Origin: a virus
Taxonomy: Duplodnaviria > Caudoviricetes
Strand: one strand, 5' to 3'
IMG/VR virus record: IMGVR_UViG_3300037780_000102
Span: 1-34,606 of that record
Length of the DNA stretch: 34,606 nt
The position numbers and the translations under genes were made by a program. Positions 24,554 to 34,233 of the stretch are shown here, in pieces (position 1 is the stretch's first letter; every line of letters begins with the position of its first letter). The notes beneath the pieces were generated by a model. The model was given only the letters and a program-made list of their open reading frames with translations. It did no database searches and had not been told where the DNA came from.

Positions 24554-25912
24554 ATGTCCGAGCAACATGCCAGACTAGGACCCAGTGACAAGACTTGGCC
24601 CCACTGCCCTGCGGCGCCTTCTGCGCAAGAGCCTTATGAAAACATCCCGGGCAAGGCGGCAGTGGATGGGACCGGGTCACACTTGTTGCTGGAACTATGC
24701 CTGAACCACAATGTAAGGGCTGTAGCCTACCTGGGGGAGATCATTGGTGCGGGACATCATGATAATCCCAACGGTTGGATGGTTCACGAGGACCGGGTCG
24801 AAAGGGTTCAGACTTGTCTTGATTATGTCGAGAACCGGGTAAAGAAGCTGCGCGGCGACTATCCCGGGAGCACGGTAAAGGTCGAGGCCGAAAGCAAGTC
24901 CAACCCCGGTGAGTTTTTCGGCAGGGACGACTGGTGGGGTACTTGTGACATTACAATCGTTGTCTTGAACGCGCACGGCAAGTGTTTGTTCATTGAAGTC
25001 ATCGACTACAAAGACGGTCGCGGTTTCGTGCCGGCAAAGGGTAACACCCAATTAATCAGCTATCTCGGCGGTAAGGTTCACCCCTATATCGATGAGAAGT
25101 TGGAGATCAGGATTGCCTATCCCTGCCAAATGACTATCGTCCAGCCGAAGACAACTCCACCGGTGAGATCCGATGTTATCGAGCACGAGGATTTGTTCAC
25201 CGAGCTTAAGAAGCTGGCGGCTGCGGCCAACGCGACCGACCAGGAAAACCCTCCCTTCGTCCCCGATAACAAGGGTGGCAAGGGTCACTGTCGATGGTGC
25301 TTACACAGGGAAAATTGCACCGCGATGAATGAACGAGACATTCAGGAGCTACAGATTATGACAAGTTCTGACAATTTACCCGCCGAGATCGACGGTGGTG
25401 ATCTTTTCACCCTGGCTAACCAGTTGATCTCTGATCCGGAAAAGATGGATTCGGAGACTCTGACAAGATTGGCAGATATGGAGCCGGGTGTCACATCAAT
25501 ATTCCAGAAGGCCAGGGAGGAGATCGAGAAGCGGGTCCGGCGAAAGGATGACATTGACGGCTGGGAAATTGGTTTCGGTCAGTCCTCCCGTGTGTGGAAC
25601 GAGTCCGAGGAGACGGTGGCTAAAAAGCTGAAGAGTCAGCGTCTGAAAAAGGACCAGATCTACCCCGCCAAACTGATCAGCCCTGCCCAGTACCTGAAGC
25701 TGGATTGCCTGAAGCCGGAGCAGAAGAAGCGGATCGAAGAAGAACTGATTACTGTCAAGGCAGGCAAGGAAGTACTCAAGCGAGTGGCTGATTCTAGTCG
25801 TAAAAAGGCCGACGTTCTGGAGATGTTCGAGGACACTCCCCAACAGGAACCGGATGTTCTGGACTTCACTGCCCCCGCGCAGGCGGAGCCCGAAGAACTC
25901 AATTTCATCTAA
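24554..25912 (+). CDS. DUF2800-family Cas4/RecB-like PD-(D/E)xK nuclease
   Basis: 452 aa. HA.L.PS...W..CP, A..GT..H, GTCD, IDYKDG, N.QL..Y, IVQP and HCRWC....C motifs. Confidence 0.88.
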   Translation: MSEQHARLGPSDKTWPHCPAAPSAQEPYENIPGKAAVDGTGSHLLLELCLNHNVRAVAYLGEIIGAGHHDNPNGWMVHEDRVERVQTCLDYVENRVKKLRGDYPGSTVKVEAESKSNPGEFFGRDDWWGTCDITIVVLNAHGKCLFIEVIDYKDGRGFVPAKGNTQLISYLGGKVHPYIDEKLEIRIAYPCQMTIVQPKTTPPVRSDVIEHEDLFTELKKLAAAANATDQENPPFVPDNKGGKGHCRWCLHRENCTAMNERDIQELQIMTSSDNLPAEIDGGDLFTLANQLISDPEKMDSETLTRLADMEPGVTSIFQKAREEIEKRVRRKDDIDGWEIGFGQSSRVWNESEETVAKKLKSQRLKKDQIYPAKLISPAQYLKLDCLKPEQKKRIEEELITVKAGKEVLKRVADSSRKKADVLEMFEDTPQQEPDVLDFTAPAQAEPEELNFI

Positions 25913-25943
25913 TTGATTCAATAACTGAAAGAGGTAATAAGTC

Positions 25944-26702
25944 ATGAACGTAACAGGTATCTGTTCATTCCCGTCGCTTTTCAAGCCGAAGCGTATCCAA
26001 AGTAATCCGGATTCAGATCCGAAATACTCCCTCGTACTGTTGTTCCCGCCCAACGATCCCGAGCTTGCTCGGTTGAAGGCTGAGTTTGACAGGGTGAAAC
26101 TCGAGGCATATCCCAGTGGCTCGCCCGGTCGTAACGACAATATGTGCCTGGATCTGTATTCCAACAAGTTCGATCCCAACAAGGATTACTATGATCCGAA
26201 GTTAGCTCAGGAAGGCTGGTGGGCTTTTTCCTGCACCGCGAAGGAAGACGACAAGCCTCCCGTGGTCGACCAGGGTAATGAGTACATCATTGACCCGGCC
26301 TCCGAACTAGTGAAACCCGGCATGATTGTCATGGCAAACATCGGCATGAGCTACTATGCCAAGGGTGGCGGCGCCGGCATCGGTGGATGGCTCAACGGCG
26401 TGAAAGCCACTGGTCAACTCGGCTCACTGGGTCTGCTGGACAACAAGCCCACGGTGGAGCAGATGTTCGGCGATACTCCCGAATATCAGCAAGCTGTTTC
26501 AGCACCGGCAGCACCGGCAGCACCGGCAGCACCGGCAGCACCGGCAGCACCGGCAGCACCGGCAGCACCGGCAGCACCGGCAGCACCGGCAGCACCGGTC
26601 GGCCCCCAGATGACTGCTCAGGCGACAGCCAGCTATGAAGCCTACAAGGCTCAAGGTTGGACTGACCAGCAGCTGATTGATAATGGCTTGATGGTCGGCT
26701 AG
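25944..26702 (+). CDS. DUF2815-family ssDNA-binding protein
   Basis: 252 aa. SFP.LF.P, PKYS..LL and G.G.WLNGV motifs, APA linker, C-terminal YE.Y...GWTD.QLI..G.M module. Confidence 0.82.
   Translation: MNVTGICSFPSLFKPKRIQSNPDSDPKYSLVLLFPPNDPELARLKAEFDRVKLEAYPSGSPGRNDNMCLDLYSNKFDPNKDYYDPKLAQEGWWAFSCTAKEDDKPPVVDQGNEYIIDPASELVKPGMIVMANIGMSYYAKGGGAGIGGWLNGVKATGQLGSLGLLDNKPTVEQMFGDTPEYQQAVSAPAAPAAPAAPAAPAAPAAPAAPAAPAAPAAPVGPQMTAQATASYEAYKAQGWTDQQLIDNGLMVG
26502..26597 (+). repeat. Perfect 9-bp tandem repeat (GCACCGGCA) x10 plus GCACCG
   Basis: Read directly from the sequence. Confidence 0.95.
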
Positions 26703-28750
26703 TGTTAGACTTTGCCTTCAACATTCCGCCAGGGGATCTCGACTATGATGTCGAGACCTTCCCTAATGTCTTCACCGTGTACTTTGAGCACGTTGAGAAC
26801 GGCAGGAACTGGTTCTTTGAAATCAGCCCGTGGCGGAATGATCTGGCGAAGCTCATTGACTTTATCGATGCGTGCATTGAGCACAAGGGCGCAGTCAGAT
26901 GGGTCGGGTATAACAGTTTAGGGTTCGACTACCCGGTCACGCACTACATATATCGGCAGCGTGGTTTCACTGACGCTGCCGATATTTATGCCAAGGCCAT
27001 GGAGATCATCAACACTCCGTGGGAGCGTAGGTTCGATCATGTCATCTGGGAGTCGGACCACATTGTTCCCCAGATTGACCTGATGAAGGTGCACCACTTC
27101 GACAACGCGGCGAAGGCAACCTCGCTCAAGGTGCTCGAGTTCAACATGCGTGCTCACAATCTCATGGACTTGCCGTTTCCTGTCGGTACTGAGCTGGACC
27201 GCGAACAGTGCAGGACGCTCGGTGTATACAACATCAACGACGTGCGCGAGACTAAGCGATTTCATATCTTCAGCCTCGGTGCAATCAGCATGCGGGAACA
27301 GTTGTCCCGAAAGTTCGATATGCCTGTCCTCAATTGCAGCGATGTTAAGATCGGTGAGAAGATCTTGGTGAAAGCATTAGAGGATCGAGGGGTCAAGTGT
27401 CACGCATGGGTCGACGGCAGGAAGAAGAAGCTACAGACACACCGGGATAAAATTTACCCCCGAGACATCTTGCTACCATGCATTCAGTTTGAAGATCTCG
27501 AGTTCAACCGGATTCATAACGAACTACTGAATAAAGAGATTCCGGCCCACACCACCAAGGGTGTCTTCGACAACCTCGTCGCCAATGTTCAGGGGGTCGA
27601 GTATAAATTTGGAACGGGGGGTTTACATGGCTCTGTTGAGAACAGGATCGTCCGATCTACTGAGACACATCAGCTGGTCGACGTTGATGTCGCGTCATAC
27701 TACCCAAATCTCGCTATTGTTAACGGTTTCTATCCCGAGCACCTCGGGGAAGAATTCTGCGAAGCGTACCTGGATATCTACCGGACCCGGAAGACCTACC
27801 CGAAAGGGACCCCAGAGAATGAATCATATAAGCTTGCGCTCAACGGTTCGTTCGGTAACAGCAACAACGCCTATTCCGTCCTCTATGATCCTCAGTATAC
27901 GATGTCGATTACACTCAATGGTCAACTCCTATTGGCAATGCTAGTTGAGGCACTCATTAAGGCGCCCGGGTTACAAATGGTCCAGGCCAACACCGACGGT
28001 GTCACCTACCTGTGCCCCCGGGAGCATCTTGATTGGACCCGCAGTGTCATAGACTGGTGGCAGGGTATGACCGGCCTCGAGCTGGAGGAGAACTTCTACC
28101 AGTCTATGTTCATCCGTGACGTGAATAGTTACATCGCTGTGAAGGACGACGGCAAGATAAAGCGCATTGGTGCCTATGCCTACGAGACAGCCGCCGACAA
28201 CCCTGGGACTCGGGAGCTTCAGTGGCATAAGGACTGGTCGGCCAGGATCGTGCAGATGGCTGCCGAGGCTTACTTGGTCCACGGCACACCGATCCGCAGA
28301 TTCATTATGGGTCACGGCGATATGTACGACTTCTTCTGCAGGGAGAGAGCCAAGGGTCAGGCGAAGTTGGAGCTTGACGGCAGACCGTTGCAGGACACTA
28401 TTCGTTACCTGATATCAAACAAGGGCGGTCGACTTGAGAAAGTGTTCCCGCCGTCCGGACCTGAGGGCCAGTTCAAAAAGGCGAACGGTGTGCCCCAGCG
28501 ACTCTATGATCAGTGGCATGCCGACAACGGGAACGTGCACAATCCGGATCTGCACACCAAGAACGAGAGCACCTACGAGCAGCGCAGGGTCGGTGTAAAC
28601 ACTGGCTGGAACGTCACCCTTGTGAATGAATGGGATGATGCTGAGTGGGAGCAGGCCGAAGCTTCCGGCGCCGAACATGGTCTGGATATCAATTACGAGT
28701 ACTACATCAAGAAGGCGGAAGATCTGGTGAATCTGCAGGAGATGAACTAA
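26702..28750 (+). CDS. DNA polymerase, family B-like, with 3'-5' exonuclease
   Basis: 682 aa. ExoI YDVET, ExoII GYN...FD, ExoIII YNIND. Polymerase motifs DVASYYPN, KLALNG.FG and NTDG. Confidence 0.92.
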   Translation: MLDFAFNIPPGDLDYDVETFPNVFTVYFEHVENGRNWFFEISPWRNDLAKLIDFIDACIEHKGAVRWVGYNSLGFDYPVTHYIYRQRGFTDAADIYAKAMEIINTPWERRFDHVIWESDHIVPQIDLMKVHHFDNAAKATSLKVLEFNMRAHNLMDLPFPVGTELDREQCRTLGVYNINDVRETKRFHIFSLGAISMREQLSRKFDMPVLNCSDVKIGEKILVKALEDRGVKCHAWVDGRKKKLQTHRDKIYPRDILLPCIQFEDLEFNRIHNELLNKEIPAHTTKGVFDNLVANVQGVEYKFGTGGLHGSVENRIVRSTETHQLVDVDVASYYPNLAIVNGFYPEHLGEEFCEAYLDIYRTRKTYPKGTPENESYKLALNGSFGNSNNAYSVLYDPQYTMSITLNGQLLLAMLVEALIKAPGLQMVQANTDGVTYLCPREHLDWTRSVIDWWQGMTGLELEENFYQSMFIRDVNSYIAVKDDGKIKRIGAYAYETAADNPGTRELQWHKDWSARIVQMAAEAYLVHGTPIRRFIMGHGDMYDFFCRERAKGQAKLELDGRPLQDTIRYLISNKGGRLEKVFPPSGPEGQFKKANGVPQRLYDQWHADNGNVHNPDLHTKNESTYEQRRVGVNTGWNVTLVNEWDDAEWEQAEASGAEHGLDINYEYYIKKAEDLVNLQEMN

Positions 28751-29028
28751 TGGGTGTGCGCGAGAATGAGGTCGAAAGGTACTTGGACGAACAGGTCAGA
28801 AAGATCGGAGGCATAACTCGAAAGTGGGAGAACCGGCACCATGCTGGTGTACCTGATCGAATCGTCATACTTCCGAATATCATTGTCTTTGTCGAGGTAA
28901 AGACCGAGAACGGAAAACTCAGCAAGTTGCAAGAAAGAGAGCATAAGAGATTGAGGGAAGCTGGCGCCAATGTCGGCGTCGTGTATGGTAAACTTAGCGT
29001 TGATGATTTTATCGCGGAGTGTCTATGA
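28750..29028 (+). CDS. VRR-NUC domain nuclease
   Basis: ATG at 28750. E..VE.YL, GVPDRIV and FVEVK...GKLS.LQ motifs. Confidence 0.9.
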   Translation: MGVRENEVERYLDEQVRKIGGITRKWENRHHAGVPDRIVILPNIIVFVEVKTENGKLSKLQEREHKRLREAGANVGVVYGKLSVDDFIAECL

Positions 29029-29501
29029 AAATTTTAGTCCTCGGCCACGGTGGTCACGGCAAGAATGAAGTCTGTGATATTCTGCACAGACATGGTCTCA
29101 GCTCGTGCTCCAGCTCATGGTTTGCATTCGAGAAAGTGATCTGGCCCGCCATCGGGCACGAGTACGTCGACAAAGAATCCTGTTACGCTGACCGCAGGAA
29201 CCGGCGCCAAGAATGGTTCGACTTTATCTCGGAATACAATACTCCGGACAAGGCAAGATTAGCGAAGGAACTCCTGGCCGAGTATGATGTCTACAACGGC
29301 ATGCGGTCCATGGATGAATTTCTCGCAACCTACAAATTATTCGACAAGATCCTCTGGGTTGATAGATCGCAAAATGTTGCACTCGACCCCTCGATGAAAA
29401 TCCCCAGAGACGGATCAATGGAGTTAATCGATAACAATGGATCACTTACCAGCACCGAAGGACAGCTCGTACAGCTTCTCAATATCAACCAATGGGCTTG
29501 A
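29025..29501 (+). CDS. P-loop deoxynucleoside monophosphate kinase-like protein
   Basis: MKILVLGHGGHGKNEV P-loop, CY.DR.N.R..W and Y.GMR...EF motifs. Confidence 0.68.
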   Translation: MKILVLGHGGHGKNEVCDILHRHGLSSCSSSWFAFEKVIWPAIGHEYVDKESCYADRRNRRQEWFDFISEYNTPDKARLAKELLAEYDVYNGMRSMDEFLATYKLFDKILWVDRSQNVALDPSMKIPRDGSMELIDNNGSLTSTEGQLVQLLNINQWA

Positions 29502-30990
29502 CTTCAGCCGGCCGGAACCTGCGCCGGATCTACTTCAACCTCACCAGCTGCACGATTACCAGCGGGCGGCAATAGCGCACATACTGCAGAACCACGACGC
29601 CATGCTCTGGCTGGATATGGGCCTGGGTAAAACCATCATCAGCCTGACTGTCATCGCCGACAGGATTGCCCGGGGTGAGATCCGTAAGGTCCTTATCTGG
29701 GGGCCACTGCGCGTCATCCAGAGCGTCTGGACCACCGAGGCCAGGAAGTGGACCCATACTCGCCACCTCCGCTTCAGCATCATACACGGGACCCCTGAGC
29801 AACGCCTGCGAGCAGTCTTCGCGGATGCTGACGTGTACCTGTGCAACTACGAGAACATGAACTGGCTGGCTGACAGGCTGAACGTCTACTGTATCAGCAA
29901 GGGTCGACCGTTACCGTGGCAGATGGTTGTCTATGACGAAGTGTCGAAGTTGAAGAATAGCACTGCGCTCCGGATGAAAGGTGGCACACGAGACCGTGAG
30001 GACGGTAAGGGGAACCCGGTGAAGGTGAAGATCATCGGCTGGCGTAACTTCATCAATAGGTTCCTGTTTCGAATCGGCCTGACCGGCACACCGGCGAGCA
30101 ACGGCTACATTGATCTCCACGGGCAGTATCTAGCTGTTGATGGTGGCAAGAGCCTGGGCAAGTTTGTGACTCACTTTAAAGATTCCTACTTCAGCTCCGA
30201 CTACATGGGCTGGAAGTGGACCCCGACGAAACAGGGGAAAGAATTTATCGAGAAGAAGATCAGCCCCATCACTCTGAAAATGGACAGTAAGGACTACCTG
30301 GACATGCCACCGGTGAAGGTGACTGACCTGATGGTCGATCTGCCGGCGAAGGCCAGGAAGCATTATCGAGAACTGGAACACGATCTGTTCACCGAGTTGG
30401 ACTCGGGCCGCAATGTCGAACTGTTCAGCAAGATGAGTGTCTCCAACAAGTTACTGCAAGTCTGTAACGGCCAGGTGTATCTGAATCAGGAGGTCTACTC
30501 TGAGGGGTACGACGCTGTCCACAACGCCAAGCTGGACGCGCTGGAAGACGTGCTGGAGGAAGCGGCCGGTCAACCTGTGCTCTGCTCCTACACCTTCGTC
30601 AGCGACGCTGAGCGGATCATGAAACGGTTCAAGGACTATTCACCGGTCAATCTCACACATGCCAAGAATACGTCCAAGGTGATAGAGAACTGGCAGGCAG
30701 GTCGCGTCAGGCTATTGATAGGTCACCCGGCCAGCATGGGTCACGGTATCGATGGCTTGCAATACAGCGGCAGCATCGTCGTCTGGTTCGGTGTGAACTG
30801 GTCCCTGGAACTTTATGACCAGATGAATGCCAGGATCAACCGACAGGGTCAGAAGAACACGGTGAAAATTATCAGGATCTTGTGTAACGAGACAGTGGAC
30901 TTGGCTGTTGCCGATGCTATCGAGAGGAAGACGAGTGATCAGGAGGGCCTGAAGAAGGCCCTCCAGCGTTACAGGGAAGGGGCGCTCTAG
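29437..30990 (+). CDS. SNF2-family helicase
   Basis: 517 aa (start uncertain). LHDYQ, LDMGLGKT, DEVS, LTGTP, HPASMGHG..LQ and Q...R..RQGQ motifs. Confidence 0.92.
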   Translation: MDHLPAPKDSSYSFSISTNGLDFSRPEPAPDLLQPHQLHDYQRAAIAHILQNHDAMLWLDMGLGKTIISLTVIADRIARGEIRKVLIWGPLRVIQSVWTTEARKWTHTRHLRFSIIHGTPEQRLRAVFADADVYLCNYENMNWLADRLNVYCISKGRPLPWQMVVYDEVSKLKNSTALRMKGGTRDREDGKGNPVKVKIIGWRNFINRFLFRIGLTGTPASNGYIDLHGQYLAVDGGKSLGKFVTHFKDSYFSSDYMGWKWTPTKQGKEFIEKKISPITLKMDSKDYLDMPPVKVTDLMVDLPAKARKHYRELEHDLFTELDSGRNVELFSKMSVSNKLLQVCNGQVYLNQEVYSEGYDAVHNAKLDALEDVLEEAAGQPVLCSYTFVSDAERIMKRFKDYSPVNLTHAKNTSKVIENWQAGRVRLLIGHPASMGHGIDGLQYSGSIVVWFGVNWSLELYDQMNARINRQGQKNTVKIIRILCNETVDLAVADAIERKTSDQEGLKKALQRYREGAL

Positions 30991-31031
30991 GGGGTTGACC
31001 CATCGGAACCGTGTTCATAGCTTATTCACAG

Positions 31032-32255
31032 TCACAGATGAACAGGGATCGTGCAGATCTTGTACACCTTGCCTCCGAGTAAATCATCACCTGGGGTCAT
31101 TGCAGCATAGATCTCCCCACCAGCCATGCTCGACATATCCAGCCACTGTACAATCCTGCAGAAGACATCGTCATCAAGGGGCACGTTCCTGAACGTGGGT
31201 TCAAGATTAGGTATCGATGCCACCGGTGCCCAGTTGTCGGCGATTGAGTTGTAGTTGTACTTCGACCCATCCAGCTCATCCGGTAACATGACACCGCCGC
31301 CCCGGTATCTGGGTAGGCGCATGTACAGCTCACCGTCTATCACACCGCCGATCCAGAGGTTGCCGACAGTGCCGCGTTCCTCGGCAGTTGGCACGTACCG
31401 GGCATTGAGTCGGAACCGGTTGATGAACTCGAACTTCCAACCAGGTGTCTCGGGGATCTCCCAGCCACGGAAGCTGCGGACAATCCACGCCTCAAAGAAA
31501 GGCTCATCGACAATGTGCCAGGGTAGCAGGCCGAAACCAGCATCACCCCAGTCAGTGCCCCATGAGTTGAGCACGATGAAACCACCGAGGCTCTTTGACG
31601 AGCCCACGATTAGCATGGCGTGACCACCGATGCTATCACCAGCCTCACGAACTGTCTCATAGTCATGCTCCAACAGGGGGCCGCTGAAGTGTCTGAGAGA
31701 GTCGGTGACAGTGACCCCGAATCCCACTGGCAAACCCTCCTGCAGGCACGACTTCACCCGGTGGATCTTCTCCGAGCGCGATCCGTCATTGACACGGGAG
31801 CGCACCACAGCCTCGTACCGATCGACACGGTTCTCAAAGGCAAGAGGATGGATGTCATCCGGTGGCAGAACCTTCGACTTACTGGTGTCATAGGGGTACT
31901 GCTGCTCGGTCGGTGTGCCATATTTCCTGCCGACCTTGTACAGGTCACGGATGAACACACCGGAATCCTGCAACCGGCCTTCGATGTGCTTTGTCATCAC
32001 GTAGGAGTAAAGCCTGGAATACTCCCTGCGCACACCGTTCTGGTTGTCGATGTGCTCGATCTGGTTGGTGAACATGTTCCCACCACAGCTGCCGATGTGC
32101 AGCTGGTCAGGAACCGAGAGCACGTCATCGCGCAGATCGATCTCGTTGTCGATCTGCTCAGGGGTGAAGGGTGACCGGTAGGGAATGTCCCTCAGGTCAA
32201 CCGGTGACGGTTGGATGCTGTTCCTTGTGAACTCGTGCAGGCTGGGTGCGGGCAT
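31032..32255 (-). CDS. Papain-family (C1) cysteine peptidase with C-terminal extension
   Basis: 407 aa. DLR, DQ..IGSC (oxyanion Q and catalytic C), GGHAM (H), NSWG.DWG..G (N). AGGAGG SD. Confidence 0.88.
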   Translation of the reverse strand: MPAPSLHEFTRNSIQPSPVDLRDIPYRSPFTPEQIDNEIDLRDDVLSVPDQLHIGSCGGNMFTNQIEHIDNQNGVRREYSRLYSYVMTKHIEGRLQDSGVFIRDLYKVGRKYGTPTEQQYPYDTSKSKVLPPDDIHPLAFENRVDRYEAVVRSRVNDGSRSEKIHRVKSCLQEGLPVGFGVTVTDSLRHFSGPLLEHDYETVREAGDSIGGHAMLIVGSSKSLGGFIVLNSWGTDWGDAGFGLLPWHIVDEPFFEAWIVRSFRGWEIPETPGWKFEFINRFRLNARYVPTAEERGTVGNLWIGGVIDGELYMRLPRYRGGGVMLPDELDGSKYNYNSIADNWAPVASIPNLEPTFRNVPLDDDVFCRIVQWLDMSSMAGGEIYAAMTPGDDLLGGKVYKICTIPVHL

Positions 32256-32353
32256 GTTACCTCCTTATAAAATCACGGTCCCCATCATACCACAACAAAC
32301 GAAAAGGTGTCACCGATTCCACCACGATCAGGAAAGTGGCAGACCGGTGAAAT

Positions 32354-33019
32354 TTAAGCCGAATATGGGATTTCGATAATTCCGGCTTTCCAGTTGGTGG
32401 AACCAGAAGCCGCAAATTCTCCAGGATCCTCGGTGGAAGAGTCTGCGATTAGCTGAGCCACACAAAGTGAACTGGCCGATGATTCCCCGATATTGAGAAT
32501 TTCGTCCCGCTCAGTCAGCGTCCATCCTGCAGGCTGGGAAAGCTCAACCGCTGTATCGATACAGCCAGCAGCAATAAGAATTGAACCCGCAGTCAGGCCG
32601 GTCGCTTCTGGCGGATTAGGATCCCCTGAAGCACCAGTCGCATCACCTTTATCTATTGGAGTTCCTGCTTCACTAAATTGCAGTAAACAGATAACAGAAG
32701 ATGAGAATCCCCCCGCACCGCTAACACTGAACGTCGTCTCTGTGCCATCAGAAACTTGATATCCAATATAAAAAGCAGGGTCGCTTCCAGAGTAGTCAAT
32801 CAGGTCCGTAGGCGAGGCATCGTCTCCCCATGAGAAACTGCCATTGCCATCACCAGAGCTGAAGATGATCACTATTATGTCACCACTGGAAAGCGTAAAA
32901 CCGGGCGATACACTCCAGTTGTTTTCTTCGTCAGTGGCGATAAAGCTATCAACGAGTGTGGGAGATTGAGCGCTGCCGCCAGCGACCGGCCCCGCAGAAC
33001 AAATCATATTAAGACTCAT
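32354..33019 (-). CDS. Acidic beta-rich tail or receptor-binding accessory protein
   Basis: 221 aa, S/G/T/D-rich with GD..V and PAGWT motifs. ATGA-coupled to the tail fibre gene. Confidence 0.55.
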   Translation of the reverse strand: MSLNMICSAGPVAGGSAQSPTLVDSFIATDEENNWSVSPGFTLSSGDIIVIIFSSGDGNGSFSWGDDASPTDLIDYSGSDPAFYIGYQVSDGTETTFSVSGAGGFSSSVICLLQFSEAGTPIDKGDATGASGDPNPPEATGLTAGSILIAAGCIDTAVELSQPAGWTLTERDEILNIGESSASSLCVAQLIADSSTEDPGEFAASGSTNWKAGIIEIPYSA

Positions 33020-34233
33020 TGCAGGGCCACCACGTTAAGAACAGATCTTGAATTGGTCTTTGTGATATAGCAGATGAATTCATCGGTGTCAGTGGTGGTG
33101 AAATCATCGCCGACAACTTTGGTGAATCCGCTGGTGGTGATTGCTCCAGCACTTCCATTGTTCGTGATATGAACAGTCATGGTGCAAGTATTCGATGGCG
33201 GTGCCAGGGTGAAGGCACCACCATTCACGCAATACTGCTGATTCCCATCATCCGGATCAGGGGTATAGGTGCCGCTGGACTTTGTGCCGGCGTCATAATC
33301 GGTATTAGAATATCCAGCCGTTAATGTGTCAGCCGTGTCTGCTTTTAGGGTGTCTGCGTCATAACCCTGAACACTTGAGCCAATGTCGCCAGAGACTAGA
33401 GCATTATCAAGATTGATTGCGCCAGTGACGCTGATATAGTCCAGCTTGGTTTTATCTGCGGTGGTGAAACTCGCCGTCGTGGCAGCAAGCACCGCGCTAT
33501 ACGCCTGAACATCAGTTCCAATTTCCAGGCCCAAGTCTGCCCTTACTTCGGCATAGCTGCGGCCTTCCAGGGTATTGGAATCAGTGAATCTGGCGAAATC
33601 ATTGGCCTCCGGTGTCCCGCTTATATCAGCGAAACCACTGTTAGGCGGGTCTGTAAAAGTCAGGGAGTCGACAGTTAAATCGGTGAACTCACCGGTGCTC
33701 GGAGTATCTCCACCTATGGGTCCCGGGGCACTGAGGTCGCTAGAACTGGAACCGTATTCCAGGGCGTTACCGGCGGCGTTCCAGCGGACGTACCGTCCAG
33801 CTTCCGGCGCCGGAAGCTCGGCACTGGCTCCGCCACTGTAACTGTCGGCAAATTTCACCGCTCGATCCAGCTGATCATCCTGCTGCTGGAGGAGAAAGGT
33901 GATCTTATCCATCGCCGTTTCATGGATCTCGGGATCGAAGGCGCCCTGGGAACTGAAATCAGTCTCCTGTGTTAAGGAATAATTCGAACGAATGTAGAGG
34001 GTATATCCGCTGTCCAACGGTGAGTTAAGCACCACATTGCCGCCGGCATCATCACCCACCCCGGTGATCGTGTAGTCGGTTGTCAGGGTCAGAGTGGTCA
34101 GCGCCCCTGCATCAGTGGTCTGGTAGACCGTCAGCTGATCCTCTTCCTCGATCCTGAAGTCATAGGCGAAAGTATCCGTAACACCGTTGCCGGTGTAAGG
34201 ACCCGAGGTGATGTCAGTAGTGTTTACCGTCAC
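33016..34233 (-). CDS. Tail fibre protein (T7 gp17-like N-terminal anchor)
   Basis: 405 aa. YTGNGVT..F.Y.F, L.TDY...G.G...GG.V, TQ.T and HE.A.D..T...QQ motifs. Confidence 0.85.
   Translation of the reverse strand: MTVNTTDITSGPYTGNGVTDTFAYDFRIEEEDQLTVYQTTDAGALTTLTLTTDYTITGVGDDAGGNVVLNSPLDSGYTLYIRSNYSLTQETDFSSQGAFDPEIHETAMDKITFLLQQQDDQLDRAVKFADSYSGGASAELPAPEAGRYVRWNAAGNALEYGSSSSDLSAPGPIGGDTPSTGEFTDLTVDSLTFTDPPNSGFADISGTPEANDFARFTDSNTLEGRSYAEVRADLGLEIGTDVQAYSAVLAATTASFTTADKTKLDYISVTGAINLDNALVSGDIGSSVQGYDADTLKADTADTLTAGYSNTDYDAGTKSSGTYTPDPDDGNQQYCVNGGAFTLAPPSNTCTMTVHITNNGSAGAITTSGFTKVVGDDFTTTDTDEFICYITKTNSRSVLNVVALQ

Noticed and set aside
24554-25912. Cas4-like nuclease as part of a CRISPR-Cas system
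   Set aside because: No array or other cas genes. It sits in the usual phage replication cassette.
30995-31023. TTGACC-N17-TAGCTT promoter pointing antisense into the peptidase gene
   Set aside because: Weak -10 and no downstream terminator or credible ORF to support it.
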